Source of the DNA: Octopus vulgaris
Taxonomy: Eukaryota
Assembly (NCBI GenBank): GCA_951406725.2
Contig: OX597837.1
Location: forward strand, 7,254,001-7,318,000
Direction: 5' to 3'
DNA length: 64,000 bases
Shown here: positions 25,267-38,220 of the stretch, piece after piece
Layout of the letters: every line of letters begins with the position of its first letter
How positions within the stretch are numbered: position 1 is the first letter of the stretch
Translations under genes and position numbers: made by a program
The notes under the pieces: model-generated
Database searches by the model: none
What the model was told of the DNA's origin: nothing
Seen by the model: the letters and a program-made list of their open reading frames with translations, nothing else

Positions 25267-27000
25267 TCCAAAGACTTCATTAGACAACTTTAACCCTTTA
25301 GTGTTTGCATTATTCTGCCAAAACAAATGCTTCTTCATCCACATTGTTTTGAACTAATCATTCATTAATCTTGTAGCTATGAGATTTTGATGAGGTAGCT
25401 GTTAATTTTTAAAACGACATTGTAGGGTTGGTGTGAGAGACTAGATCTGGCCAGTTTGAACATAAAACAGGCAGAATACTTTTGGCCGGATATGGCTGGT
25501 TTAAATGCTAAACAAAAAGTGGGATGACTGAGGGACCCTATAGAGGAGATGAATGAGGATGTTGTCCCTATGACCTTTCAATGAATTGTGAGCTGAGAAA
25601 TTGTATGGGTGAAAGGATACTGAAAAGGAGTGGTTACAGGGGAAGAGTGTGGACAAGAACAAGAAATAAGAAAAGACAGGACAAGATGAGGGTAAATTTA
25701 AAAGTATGTTTTTATATGTGTAATTAGCTCATCTTTTTAGTCATCACAGAGGAAGCTTATGATCAAATTGTGGTTGTTTTTTTAATAAATACTCCAATAT
25801 ATATATATATATATATATATATCCAAAGTGTTCCATTTCTTGGCATAGAAGACAGTCATAAGACTTGAGGGGGATTTAGCTGTTATTTTCAGCGACATGA
25901 ACAACTAATGTTCAGGCTCATTCTCTTAATCATGCATTGTGTGTTTGCGTGTTGGGTGGAAGTAATGTACGGTGTGAGTGAAACAGATGTAGAGAAAGAG
26001 AGAATGAAAGAGAGAGAGAGAAAGAGAGAAGATTGAGGAGGCAAAGAGAGTTACTGTAATAGGAAGCAAGAATGTGGAAGGTTGGGTTAACAATTGAAAA
26101 CAATGAAGTATATTTTCTAAACGCAAGCAACATGAGCCAGCATAATATATATACATATATACACACACACACCTATCTAATTACAGACAAACATCGTAGG
26201 AATGTATGCAAGTATAATCATTTGGTGTTTGTACAAAACATACATACATACAGACATATATGTAAGCATGTGTGTGTATATATATGCAAGCATGTATGCA
26301 TATAAGTATATTCATACATATATATGGATATGTATATATGAATATATACACACATGTGCACACATACATGTGTATATCTATATATACACACATCCATGTG
26401 TGTGTGCATATATAGATACATATATATATATATATATATATGCATATATTTATACATATATGAGCATGTATATATGATTATATATACATATATGAATATA
26501 TATATACACACATATATACACACCACATATGTCTATATACATACACACTTATACAAGTGATCACAGCTTAACGACAGAGAGAATAACGAAGTAAGAAAAA
26601 TGTGGCAAAAAAAAAATTAAAAATAAAATTTTGAAGATAAACATAGACAGACAGACAGACAGACAGAGACATAGTTGAATCAGGGGGGAGGGGGAAGAAG
26701 GTGACAACAACAACAACAACAACAACACTAACAAAAACATAAATTTAAGGAAAAAAGAAAGAAGAGAAAGAGGTGTGTTGACAAACTGTTTAACAGACTA
26801 TAATTGCAGAACCACTAAAACCACCACTACCACCACCACCACCACCATTACCACTACCATCACTAATGCCACCGCCACCAACAGATGCATTGTAGGGGGA
26901 AAGGGGACAGATTACTTGCTAAACTATTAAGAACAGATTAAAACTTCTAAAATAAGAATGAGGCTTGCATCGAAAGCATATATATATATATATATATATA

Positions 27001-27043
27001 TCATAAGGGCACGTGAGGTGCCTACCTGCTAGAAAAGGAAGTT

Positions 27044-27093
<50 letters not shown>

Positions 27094-27133
27094 TAAGGGC
27101 ACGTGAGGTGCCTACCTGCTAGAAAAGGAAGTT

Positions 27134-27138
<5 letters not shown>
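27001..27138. repeat. Exact 48-bp direct duplication separated by (TA)n
   Basis: tcataagggcacgtgaggtgcctacctgctagaaaaggaagttaataa at 27001 and 27091. Confidence 0.9.
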
Positions 27139-27170
<32 letters not shown>

Positions 27171-27685
27171 CATGTTTATATATATATACACACACACATA
27201 GACATATATGAAACAAAATAAAACAAACAGGCATGGTAGTGTGGTTAGAAAGTTGTTTCTCAACTACAAGGCTTTGGGTTCAGTCCCTACTGCATGACAC
27301 CTTGGGCTAGCATCTCCTACTATAGCCTTGGGCCGTCGCTATCGAAAACCTTGTTAATAGATTTGGTTGATGGAAACTGAAAGAAGCCTGTCTAGAGACA
27401 GAGAGAGAGATGAATAGTCATCTATGTGTTTGTGTCTTTGTGTCTGTTTGGTGTGTTTACATCCCTGTAACTTTGCAGTTCAGCAAAAAAGACTGATGGG
27501 ATAAGTACTAAGCTTAAAAATAAACGTGTACTAGAGTTGATTTGTTGAGACTAAGTACTCCAGCATGGTCGCAGTTTAATGACAATTTAAAGGCAGAAGG
27601 TGTCATTGTCCTTCATGCATTCAGAGAAGATAATCAAGGTAAATTACAACAATTTGCGGCATTGCCAATATTCTGTAATTCCTCA

Positions 27686-27872
27686 AAGCGGCAAGCTAGC
27701 AGAATCATTAACATGCTGGACAAAATACTTCACGGCTTTTCATTCGTATTTATGCTCTGAGTTCAAATCCTGCTGAGGTCGACAGTATCTTTCATTTTTT
27801 GGGAGGTCGATGAAATAAGTTCATTTATCCCTTCCTTGAGATTCCTGGCATTGTGCCAAAAATTTGAAACTA
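27686..27872 (+). mobile_element. SINE family A, near full-length, opposite orientation
   Basis: gcggcaagctagcagaatcattaacatgctgg...ctctgagttcaaatcctgctgaggtcgac...ggtcgatgaaataag. Confidence 0.8.
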
Positions 27873-28306
27873 ACATTCTATAACTAATCAGGATCTCGGT
27901 CATCTCAACTTAGTTGTGGAATGATCCTTGGTAGACAAAGTGACCTTTGAAGACCAAGCATTGAGTTAGTAATTTTCTTCCCAACAGTGATCAAAAGAAT
28001 GGCCCCAGGGTGATGAAAAGAGACATATGTGTCACTCTACTGATTCCATCAACTGAGAAACTAGTGCTCCCTTATAGTTTGTACAGATACACGGGCCCCA
28101 GCCCAATTCTGTCCTTCAGCATTTTGGTATTGGTGAGGATCCCCCCCACCGAGGTAATGGTGAAAAGGGTGCTGGTCGAAGTGGTGGTGGGGGTGGAAGT
28201 GGTGATAGTGGTGGAAACAACTTGTTTTTTTTTTAGCATAATCAAGAAAAAAAAAGTGTCGGCAGGGTGGGGAGAAGGGGAAGAATGGTAAAAGAATAGA
28301 ACTTAC

Positions 28307-28404
28307 CCAGCCGCGTACGTGGCTGCTGTCGCTGCTACAGTGGGGATTGCATAGCGTGTTGCAGCCGCATAGCCTGCAGCTGCATATGGCTGGGTTGTAA
28401 CAAG
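28307..28404 (-). CDS. RBFOX1: RBFOX exon, 98 nt (LVTTQPYAAAGYAAATRYAIPTVAATAATYAA), phase 0-2
   Basis: gtatttcag|CTTGTT...GGCTGG|gtaagt. Resembles vertebrate GYAAYRYAQP..ATAAAYS; phases are compatible. Confidence 0.93.
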
Positions 28405-28555
28405 CTGAAATACGAGGGGGAAAAAAAAAATTAAAGTGATAGAAAATTAATAAATACCACAACATTTGAAAATGGATTTTAAGTGATGACTACAATGATG
28501 ATAGGTGTAAGAGGATGGGCAAATGAGATCTGGACAAATAAGAGACCCTCTAGAT

Positions 28556-28744
28556 CAGTGGTTTTCAACCAGGGTTCCGCCAGTACAGTCCAGGGGTTCC
28601 GCAAGAAGTTACAAAACTGCTAAAATCGGCAGTAATTTTTCATTCTCCTGTGCAGAAGACTATTAAATTATTGCACAGGGGTTCCCCGAGTCAGTGGAAT
28701 GTTTCCTTGGGGTTCCGCTCCAGCAAAAAGATTAAAAAGCACTG
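28556..28744. mobile_element. hAT (Charlie-like) MITE, 189 bp
   Basis: Imperfect TIRs CAGTGGTTTTCAACC / GATTAAAAAGCACTG and a perfect 8-bp TSD CTCTAGAT at 28548-28555 and 28745-28752. Confidence 0.85.
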
Positions 28745-28889
28745 CTCTAGATTATAACTTAATCCACTAGAAATAGCATTCACATCTCCTTTAAATTATA
28801 CCTTGGACATCATCATCATTGTCTAATGTTGATTTTCCATGCTGGCATGAGTTGGATGGTTTTACAACGCCTGACTGGCCCCTGTGCCG

Positions 28890-29070
28890 GTGGCATGTAA
28901 AAGCACCCACTACACTCTCAGAGTGGTTGGCGTTAGGAAGGGCATCCAGCTGTAGAAACTCTGCCAGATCAAGACTGGAGCTTGGTGCAACAATCTGGTT
29001 CACCAACCCACAGTCAAACCGTTCAACCCATGCTAGTTTGGAAAGCAGACGTTAAATGACGATGATGATA
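28890..29070 (+). mobile_element. Retroelement 3'-end repeat with (GAT)n tail (family E)
   Basis: gcgttaggaagggcatccagc...gtcaaaccgttcaacccatgc...gatgatgat. Plus copies are at 16750-16950 and 48490-48635; minus copies at 8760-8820, 28808-28866, 29090-29160, 49000-49160 and 55810-55900. Confidence 0.65.
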
Positions 29071-30070
29071 ACCCTGAGGAATGCATTGAGCTCCAGTATT
29101 GGTTTTCGCAATGTTTTTGCAAGTTGGATGTACTTCCTAACGCCAACCACTTTAGAGAATGGTATGAGATGCATTTTTTTATGGCAGCAGCACCAGTGAG
29201 GTAACCAAGTAACCAGCAAGACAAAATCCTCAAGTGAAGGAATGGTGTAGTATAGAGGGAGGTGTCTTCATAACAGACAATGAGAAATTAAAGAAACAGT
29301 TGTCTTGCAGTAAAGGAGACACATGGCTACTCTCTTTGGAAAAAGTGGTGAAGAGGTGACTGGGTGAACCCAATATGTCTTTGTGTCTGGTCTCATTTGC
29401 TCAAGTCCACTGAAAAAAGCAGGTCTGGGATTCTTGACATGTCCATCAACAAATTGTGTTCTAAATGGAGGTGTAGTGAAATCCTATTTTATGGACTCAG
29501 GCATGTTTTAAAATAAGTCGAAAGGTAAGCTACTATAAATCGGCATGAACTTTCCGGACAACCCAATAAAAAGAGACAAAAATATATAAAAAATAGCAAA
29601 GCGGGGTTTCCTACATAGTCTTTTGAACAGCCAGATATAACATTTAAATCTCGCTCAGATTACAATATGCCATTAAAACAACACAAGCGAATTGTACTTT
29701 GGGTAATGTAGTCCCAGATGCACTTACAACACAGATTGGCCACTCTTGGAACCTTTATTGATTAACCCTTTAGCATTCATATTAATTTATCAAATATAAT
29801 GCTTGTTCATCCGTATTTTAAAAAATTCATCATGGAGTATCTTGTTGCTTCAATATTTTGAAGATATGACAGTATTGAAGGGTAGGTGTGAGAGACTGAA
29901 TCTGGCCAGTTTCAATATAAACAAGTAAAATATTTGGGCTGGATATGGCTGGTTCAAATGTCAAAGGGTTTATTATAAACCTGCTGGGTGAACATCAACC
30001 TGAGGATAAACAAGATAAATTGCAATACCATAAAGGTGAGACAGGTAGGAATTAAGGGAGCGTTACTTAC

Positions 30071-30128
30071 CTGATATCGATCAGCTGCTGCATATGTCGC
30101 TAAGAAGGGGTCTTGGTGATACACTCCA
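30071..30128 (-). CDS. RBFOX1: RBFOX exon, 58 nt (GVYHQDPFLATYAAADRYQ), phase 2-0
   Basis: gcctttcag|TGGAGTG...TATCAG|gtaagt. Similar to the vertebrate VVYQDGFYGAD segment and also seen in ORF 29954..30139. Confidence 0.93.
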
Positions 30129-30655
30129 CTGAAAGGCAAATAATAGGGATCAGATCAATGAGACGGGTAACATTTTAGCAATAACAGTAGTCTCTTTCTT
30201 TCTTTCATTTGTTTCATTTTTCATTCTTTCGTTTGTTTTCCTTTTCATTCTTTAGTGAGAAGAAACAGCCATGTCCATTCTCAAAGGAATGGCAGTGATG
30301 TTAAGGAGTTTGCATTCCAACTAAATGATTTGGGGTTCAGTCCTATTGCGTGGCACCTTGAGTGTCTTCCACTGTAGCCTGGGGCCAACCAAAGCCTTGT
30401 GAGTAAATTTACTCAAAGGAGACTGAGAGAAGCCCCATTATGTGGTAAGTATATATCTGAATACGTCCCCAATTTCCTCCCTGTAATACACTTAGCTCTC
30501 CAGAAAATAATTCCATTTTCGAACTTCTTTCAACCAACACCTCAAATGTAAGGATTTCTACCTTGAAGATGGCAGCTCATCTCACTCAACGATGGATTCA
30601 ATCAACAAACATTATTTTCAACCACATAGCACACAGAAACAGCTGTTCAATCCCC

Positions 30656-30885
30656 TTAACCCTTTCATTGCCAACCCAGCCGATACTGGCTCTGGCTCTC
30701 TTGTACAAATGTCTTGTTTTCATAAGTTTTGAATTAAAATCTTCCACCAAACCTTAGTCACAATTTATGTTCCTAACACTAGCTTAATGTTCATTAAGTT
30801 ATTTTACTAAATTCTTTGTTATATTTAAAATAATTGAAAGAAACACAGAGCATCTCCTAAATAAATACGGTAATGAAAGAGTTAA
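30656..30885. mobile_element. piggyBac-like MITE, family P2
   Basis: Ends TTAA-CCCTTTCATT ... AATGAAAGAG-TTAA. An inverted, highly similar copy is at 58282-58510 and a degenerate copy at 45772-45971. Confidence 0.75.
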
Positions 30886-31089
30886 ATTCTCGATATCATT
30901 TCTACTCTGTGTACCTTTTTTGTATATAAACACATATATACATTCTTTATATTTCACATATTCAATATACTTTATATATTGACGTGTCTAACTTCCTTGT
31001 ACCTATGTTTACTTCTCTTCCTGCTCAAGTTTAAATCTTCTGAGCATTGCTAAATGTCTTCTTACTGAATCAGACTCTCCCCTATGAAC

Positions 31090-31135
<46 letters not shown>

Positions 31136-31136
31136 A

Positions 31137-31181
<45 letters not shown>

Positions 31182-31681
31182 TTACATGATTGAATAGACA
31201 ATTCGATGTTGTTATACATCATTGGTTACAATGTGCTTTGTACAATTTTAGCTTTCAAATGATGCCACCCCACAAGATATGCAGGCAGGCAAGGCAACAT
31301 ACCCCTTACATATATATCTTCTATATACATAGCTGCAGCTATGAGCTGAAACCACAGCAAAAAAAAAACAAAAAAACAATGTGTGTGCAGAGGTGCTTGT
31401 ATGTGCAAAAGACAATTTTGTCTTTTGCATTTTAGTTGATATATCCTTCTCCACTATATATTCCAAAAGTTCTAGTGACTTTCGCTATAAACACCAAGAT
31501 TAACAATATTGATAAATTATTGGAATTAATAATTAATTAATTAATTATTAATACAGGTGTACAATTAAATGAGCAAATATTATTACTATTAGGACCATTT
31601 TGAGCAAATGAAATATGGTTGAATTTTAAAAAAAACGCAAGTTGATGCTTCATGGATAAATGTGCAATTTCGAATACTTAC

Positions 31682-31829
31682 GCGGCGTACGGTAAAGCTG
31701 CTGCAGTTGTTGTCAAGGGCGTCGGGTGCCTGAATGCTGCTGCTGCCGCTGCTGCGGCGTATACTCCTCGTGCCGTTACAGCCGCTGCTGCTCGACCACG
31801 AGTCAACGTCACACCTCGTAAAGCAGCAG
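31682..31829 (-). CDS. RBFOX1: RBFOX exon, 148 nt, start of the Ala/Tyr-rich C-terminal domain (AALRGVTLTRGRAAAAVTARGVY...LPYA), phase 1-2
   Basis: tttctgtag|CTGCTGCT...TACGCCGC|gtaagt. GC-rich coding island resembling vertebrate AAYRGAHLRGRGR..VY..FR; phases match both neighbours. Confidence 0.93.
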
Positions 31830-32067
31830 CTACAGAAATACAACAACCAAGAAAAAGGTTATTTCACACACAAGACGAAACAAAAACAAAACAAAACAAA
31901 AAAAAAAACAAAGGAAGAAAAAACAAAAATGAAAATGGTTCGAGAGAAATGAAAGGTGGGAGGGGGTAGAAAAAGTGTACAAACCTATATGCATATATAT
32001 ACACATGTATATATATATACACACAAACACACATGTATGTGTGTACATACATACATATATATAACAC

Positions 32068-32103
<36 letters not shown>

Positions 32104-32581
32104 CACATGTATATATATATATATATACATACATACAGACATGTGAATACATGTGTATATTTAAGTGCATGTACATCATATATATATCATATATATATCT
32201 TATATATACATGTACATATATGATACAGACATATATATATATTCATATATGTGTGAATATATGCATATATACACACATATATGCATGTATGTCTATCCAT
32301 TGTGCATATACACAAGCATAAGACGAAAATGATTTTTAAAACATTAATAACTCTTTTAAAAAGAATATGTAAATAGTACCAAAAGTTTTAATTAAAAGCG
32401 CTAACTTCATTAACATATAAATAAGACTATTAAACAGAAATAATATTTGTAATTATCTACTCTCATATTTTTCATGATTCTCTTTCCTCCCAAAATATAT
32501 TTCTTAAACATACACTCTGAAGTCTTAACGACCTTCCCTAAAAACTTATTAAAGATTAATAACTGTTGATTCATTATTGGA

Positions 32582-32637
<56 letters not shown>

Positions 32638-32901
32638 CTAATTACTCTTACTAGTAAAAATTCAATGTATGTAGCAGAAATATGGTTAAATTCTTAGAAA
32701 TACCAATATTTTCAAAAATTAAACACCTAAAAGGAAAAGAAGTTAATAATAATAAAAAAAAATTGAATACAATAATAACGATAATAATAATAATACTAAT
32801 TTCCTTCAGGGGCTGTTTATAAATATATTGATCTGTTGATATTGATTTCCATATGTTTATTCTTCCTGTCTTTGATTATATACATATATATACATATATA
32901 C

Positions 32902-32944
<43 letters not shown>

Positions 32945-33772
32945 TGAAAAACTTATATGCTAAAAATCTAAATCTATAAAACTTTCAATATATAACATTT
33001 TCCTAAGTCTACAAGAGAAGGTTTCTTCGTGTACTTTCCTTCTTTCTTTCACCATTTATATTTTTTGCTAATAAAGTGTGGTTGGTGGATGATATTTATA
33101 ATTGAATAACTAGATGCATATACATATGTGTATATATATATATATATGCATGCATGTATTTATTTATATATACATATATATATATATTTATATATATACA
33201 TATATGTATATATATATGTGGTGTATAAATACATGGTTCTATAAATAGCACTAAGTTGGTAGTCTGAGTGGTAAAAATTAATTGATTTCTTGAATTAATT
33301 TGAATATTAAAAAAAAAAAATTCATGACAACTAGCAAAAAAAAATTTTGTGCACAACCAGACATGAGCAGATTGTTGTATACTACATTAATATCTCACAC
33401 ATATATCATATATATATATATATATACATACATGTATATGAATGAGAGATAGCATTTTCCAACTACGTTTCTTGTGCAACAAGACCAGATCAAACAAAAA
33501 AATGAAAAATAAAAAAAAAATAATACCACAAAAAAATAATTACAATTCAAGAAAAATAAACAACATTCATATTTTTCACTCTGGTTTACTTTTCCATAAT
33601 TCATATTTTGATTTAATTTCTAAATACATATTTATTTTTTTCTTGGTAACAAGATGCTGTTTACAATGTGCAAAGACTTGGTCTGATGGGTACGCCAGGT
33701 AGTAAGTTTCAAATTGGAAATAAGAAATAATAATAATAATAATAATGATAATAATAATAGTAATAACAATAA

Positions 33773-34171
33773 TCCTTTCTACTAAAGGCTCAAGGCTGAA
33801 AATTTGGTGGAGGGGGTCTAGTCGATTACATCAACCTCAGTTCATAACTGATACTTAATTAATTGACCCTGAAAGAATGAAAGGCAAAGTCGACCTTAGC
33901 AGAATTTGAACTCAAAACGTAGTGATAGGCGAAATACCTATTTCTTTACTACCCACAAGGGGCTAAAGCTAGAGAGGACAAACAAGGATAGACAAATGGA
34001 TTAAGTCGATTATATCGACCCCAGTGTGTAACTGGTACTTAATTTATTGACCCTGAAAGGATGAAAGGCAAAGTCGACCTTGGCAGAATTTGAACTCAAA
34101 ACGTAGCGATTGGCGAAATACCACTAAGGATTTCGTCCAGCATGTTAATGATTCTGCCGGCTCGCCGCCTT
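33773..34171 (-). mobile_element. Composite or tandem SINE family A with a duplicated central domain
   Basis: gaaaggcaaagtcgacctt(a/g)gcagaatttgaactcaaaacgtag occurs twice, near 33879 and 34063. Confidence 0.85.
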
Positions 34172-35784
34172 AATAATAATAATGATGATGATGATGATGA
34201 TAATAATAATAGTGTCAAGTTTTGGAACAAGACCACCAAGCTTGGGGGAAGAGGTAAGTTGATGACATCAGCCCCAGCATTAGCCCGCTACTTATTTTAT
34301 CGACCCCCACCCACCACCACCACTTGACAGCCGGTGTTGGTTTGTTTACTTCCCTGTAACTTAGTAGTTTGGCAAAAAGAGACCAACAGAACAAGTACCA
34401 GGCTTAGAAGAAAAGTACTGAGGTGAATTTCTTTAACTAAACACTTCAAGGCAGCACTCCAGCTTGGCCACAGTCTACTGATTGAAACAAGTAAAAGGAA
34501 AAAAAATAATAATGGACAGAGAGAGGGTAGCCTGAGACAGAGTAAGAAAAAAAGGGGGTGAAAATGGTAAGAAACAGCAGCAAGACTGCCATAAAAGTCT
34601 GTGAGAAATAAAACAGCCTAATCTTTTCCAAAGCTTACAAAAAAAAGAAGCAATTTTGAACATTTAGCTTTTGCTATATATATAAATAATCACACAGACT
34701 CCCAGGTATATACATAAACAAAAAAATATATAGTATATACATGTATATACACAAAGCAGTGAGTCTTAGTAGTGTAAAATTTTATCAGTGGATGTTTGCG
34801 TCGACAAATTTAGAATTTCAAAGAAGTCACTTCGTCTCCTCAAAAACTTCAAAGATTCCAAAGATACAACGTGCAATTCTTAGAGATCAGAATCATCGCT
34901 TTGAGGTCTGGAATGGAAAAACTGACTTGTGACCCCACGACAAGTTACATAGCCAGAAAAAGTCTGCCAGTAAGGCAAAGTTTTATCTCACTTTTGTTGC
35001 AATACAAATCCACCAACATTTAATTTCTTTCTTTGATTCCAACCAAAGACATTACTTAAACTCTCAGCTTAAGTTTTCTTACTTTACTCTACTAACCAAT
35101 AAACAATTTACTGTTTGCATGTCCCTAATGGTGGTGTTATTATTATTATTATTATTATTATTGGAGGGAGTTATTGTTGTTGTTATAGTTGGTTGGTTTT
35201 CTTCTCGTGGTCTTTCGCCCCTATCTTAAGAATTCCTTTTGATCTCATGTTCAAATGCTTTATTAAGCATTTACTTTGTCCTTTCATCATGGAAGCACGT
35301 ATCTTTCAACCATTCCATCCTATTAGGTTCAATTTCCTGTACGAATCATTTCCTAGAGCAGAAAATTCTTCACATGGAAACACCGAAAGTCTTTTGATTG
35401 AAACGAGGAACTAAACATCACAGAAGAAAACAGAAGAGAAGAGAAATAAAGAAATTGGAAAAAGTTCTTCCTCTTAGTAAGGCTTTCACAAGTACACCAC
35501 CAGTACGGCTAATGTTTTGAATCGTGACCACTGCGGTGAATTTCAATGGCATACATTCACATCTAAGGAAGTAAATAACCATTCCATTGACGAAGAAGAA
35601 CAGCTGCAGATTTATTGAAGCTAAGATTTTAAAGAATGAAATAGTGAGATATATTGGTAGGCAGGTAGGTGGGTGGGTAGATTGGTAGGTGGTAGAATTC
35701 TTGACTTCAACCCAATAGTATGCAGCAATTATACAAATTAAATATGCAAACACACATATATGTGTGTGTGTATATATATACATG

Positions 35785-35837
<53 letters not shown>

Positions 35838-35967
35838 ATATATATATAAAATTCTAATTGCACAACTATGAATTAAAATACATACACACATATACATGTG
35901 TATACATGCTTAACATATATGAGTGTGTGTGTGTGTATATACACACACACACACATATATATATATA

Positions 35968-36013
<46 letters not shown>

Positions 36014-36370
36014 TACATATGTATAAACATACATACATATATATATAAACATACATACATTTATATATATATATATATATATATAGACAGAGAGAGAGAG
36101 AGAGATGAACTCAGACACATACAGAGACCTATGTAAATACAGAGGTGGTGAAGAAGAGAGAGTGCTAATTGCATTGAAGTACCAGTGTTACCTGAAAAAG
36201 CAGGTGAGGAGAATAGATGCCTCTGTCAGTATTTGTACCCTACCATTGCTTGACAGTTGGTATTGCTTTGTTTGCATCCTTTAAATTAACAGCGCAGCAA
36301 AGGGAACAAATAGAATATATACTAGTCAAGCTCTGTGAAATTGAAACTTCGAATATAAAGACAGGCAAAA

Positions 36371-36529
36371 TTCTGCTATGAATTTTGCTTGGCATTCTAA
36401 AGTTTCTGTTAGCTCACTGCCTAATAATAATAATACTACTAATAATAATAACAATAACTGAAGATACCCAACAGACCATTCTGCTATGAATTTTGCTTGG
36501 CATTCTAAAGATTCTGTTAGCTCACTGCC

Positions 36530-36564
<35 letters not shown>

Positions 36565-36582
36565 GAAGATACCCAACAGACC
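36371..36582. repeat. ~108-bp tandem duplication of a SINE A head fragment plus (AAT)n
   Basis: ttctgctatgaattttgcttggcattctaaag..tgaagatacccaacagacca occurs twice. Confidence 0.8.
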
Positions 36583-36813
36583 AAGGCAATGTGAAGTGAA
36601 TAATGATCAAGAGAGGGAGATAAAAACATGCTAGAACATTCAATACATTATACTCGTGTCTAATCAGCCAGTATGTCAAAATTAAATTAAACAAATTTCC
36701 AAGTGTACAAACATAAGTAGGAATATGTATGCACACACGCACATATATATATTCATGTTTACATATATATATGTGTGTGCATACATATATACATACAAGT
36801 GTGTGTGAACACA

Positions 36814-36869
<56 letters not shown>

Positions 36870-36875
36870 AACACA

Positions 36876-36920
<45 letters not shown>

Positions 36921-37367
36921 TCATATACACACACTTTATTATGGTCATATTAAAATAGAAATGAATGAATAAAGATGTCAAGAAGAAAAATTTTGTGTGT
37001 ATTCTTCTTTAAATTCAATTAATTAATCTCAAATTTTATTAATTAAAAATGTTTTAAGAAAGAGAGTTTTGGCTTTCTTTTTGTTTTACTTTTTGCTTCA
37101 TTCTTTCTTAGAGTTGGAATGAAATGAAATGGTAAAGAGCAAAGAATATAAATAAAGAGAAACAAAATAAGAGAGATGTATAGAAAATGATACACAGAAA
37201 ATGGTAAAATATATATATGTAAATGAAAAAGAACATATACAAATTATAATTAAATTAATTAATGAAGATATAATATTTTTGAGAGACAGACTAATAATGA
37301 GGAGACGAGGTAAGAACTAATGTGGAATATAGAAAAATAAAGAGAAATGGGTATAATAATGATGGTT

Positions 37368-38220
37368 TCTGACTTAGGCATAAGACCACCAATTTTGAGA
37401 GGAGGGGTAGTTACTACCAGTGGCCTCAGGAGATGACTGGTACTTTGTTTTACTGACTTGAAAACGATGAGAGGCAAAACCAACAATGTTGGAACCTGAA
37501 CTCAGGATGTAAAGAGCTGGAAGAAACACTGCAAAGAATTTACAGTATCTAGGAATCTAACCACTCTATGATGATGATGATTGCTTCAAATTTTGGCAGA
37601 AAGCCAGTAATTTTAGGGGAGGAAGTAAGTTAATTAAATTGCCTCCAGGGTTCAGCTGGTACTTATTCTATTGATCCTGAAAAAATGGAAGATAAAAGTT
37701 GACCTGAGAGATATTTGAACTTTGAAAGTAAAGGCTTGGAAGATGTGCCATTAAGCATTTGGTTAGAAGTACTAATGGTTATACCACCTTGCCATGATGA
37801 TGATGATAATTCTATCTACTATTGACACAAAGCCTGAAATTTTGGGGGAAGAGACTAGTTAATTACATCAACCCCGGTACTCAGCTAGGTACTCATCGTG
37901 TCAACCCTGAAAGGTAAAGTAGGTCTCAGCAGAATTCAAACTCAGAAATAAACATGGATGAAATGCTCAAAAGCATCTTGCTTAGCATGCTAACAATTCT
38001 GCTCACCTGCCAATAATAATGATTAAAATAAGAATAATAATAAACATCCTTTCTACTATGGGTGTATGGCCTGAAATTTTGTGAGAAGGCCTTGTTGATT
38101 ACACAGACACCAGTGCTAAAATGGGACTTATTTTATCGACCCCAAAAAGATGAAAAGCAAAGTCAACCTCAGCAGAATTTGAACCTGGAATGTAAACACA
38201 GATGAAATGCAGCTAAGATT
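37368..38220 (-). mobile_element. Cluster of four degenerate SINE family A copies
   Basis: Repeated ctggtactt, aaagt(c/t)(a/g)acct and gaac(t/c) blocks separated by GAT/AAT tails. Confidence 0.7.

Noticed and set aside
31652-31969. Plus-strand Ala-rich ORF
   Set aside because: Antisense shadow of the RBFOX 148-nt exon.
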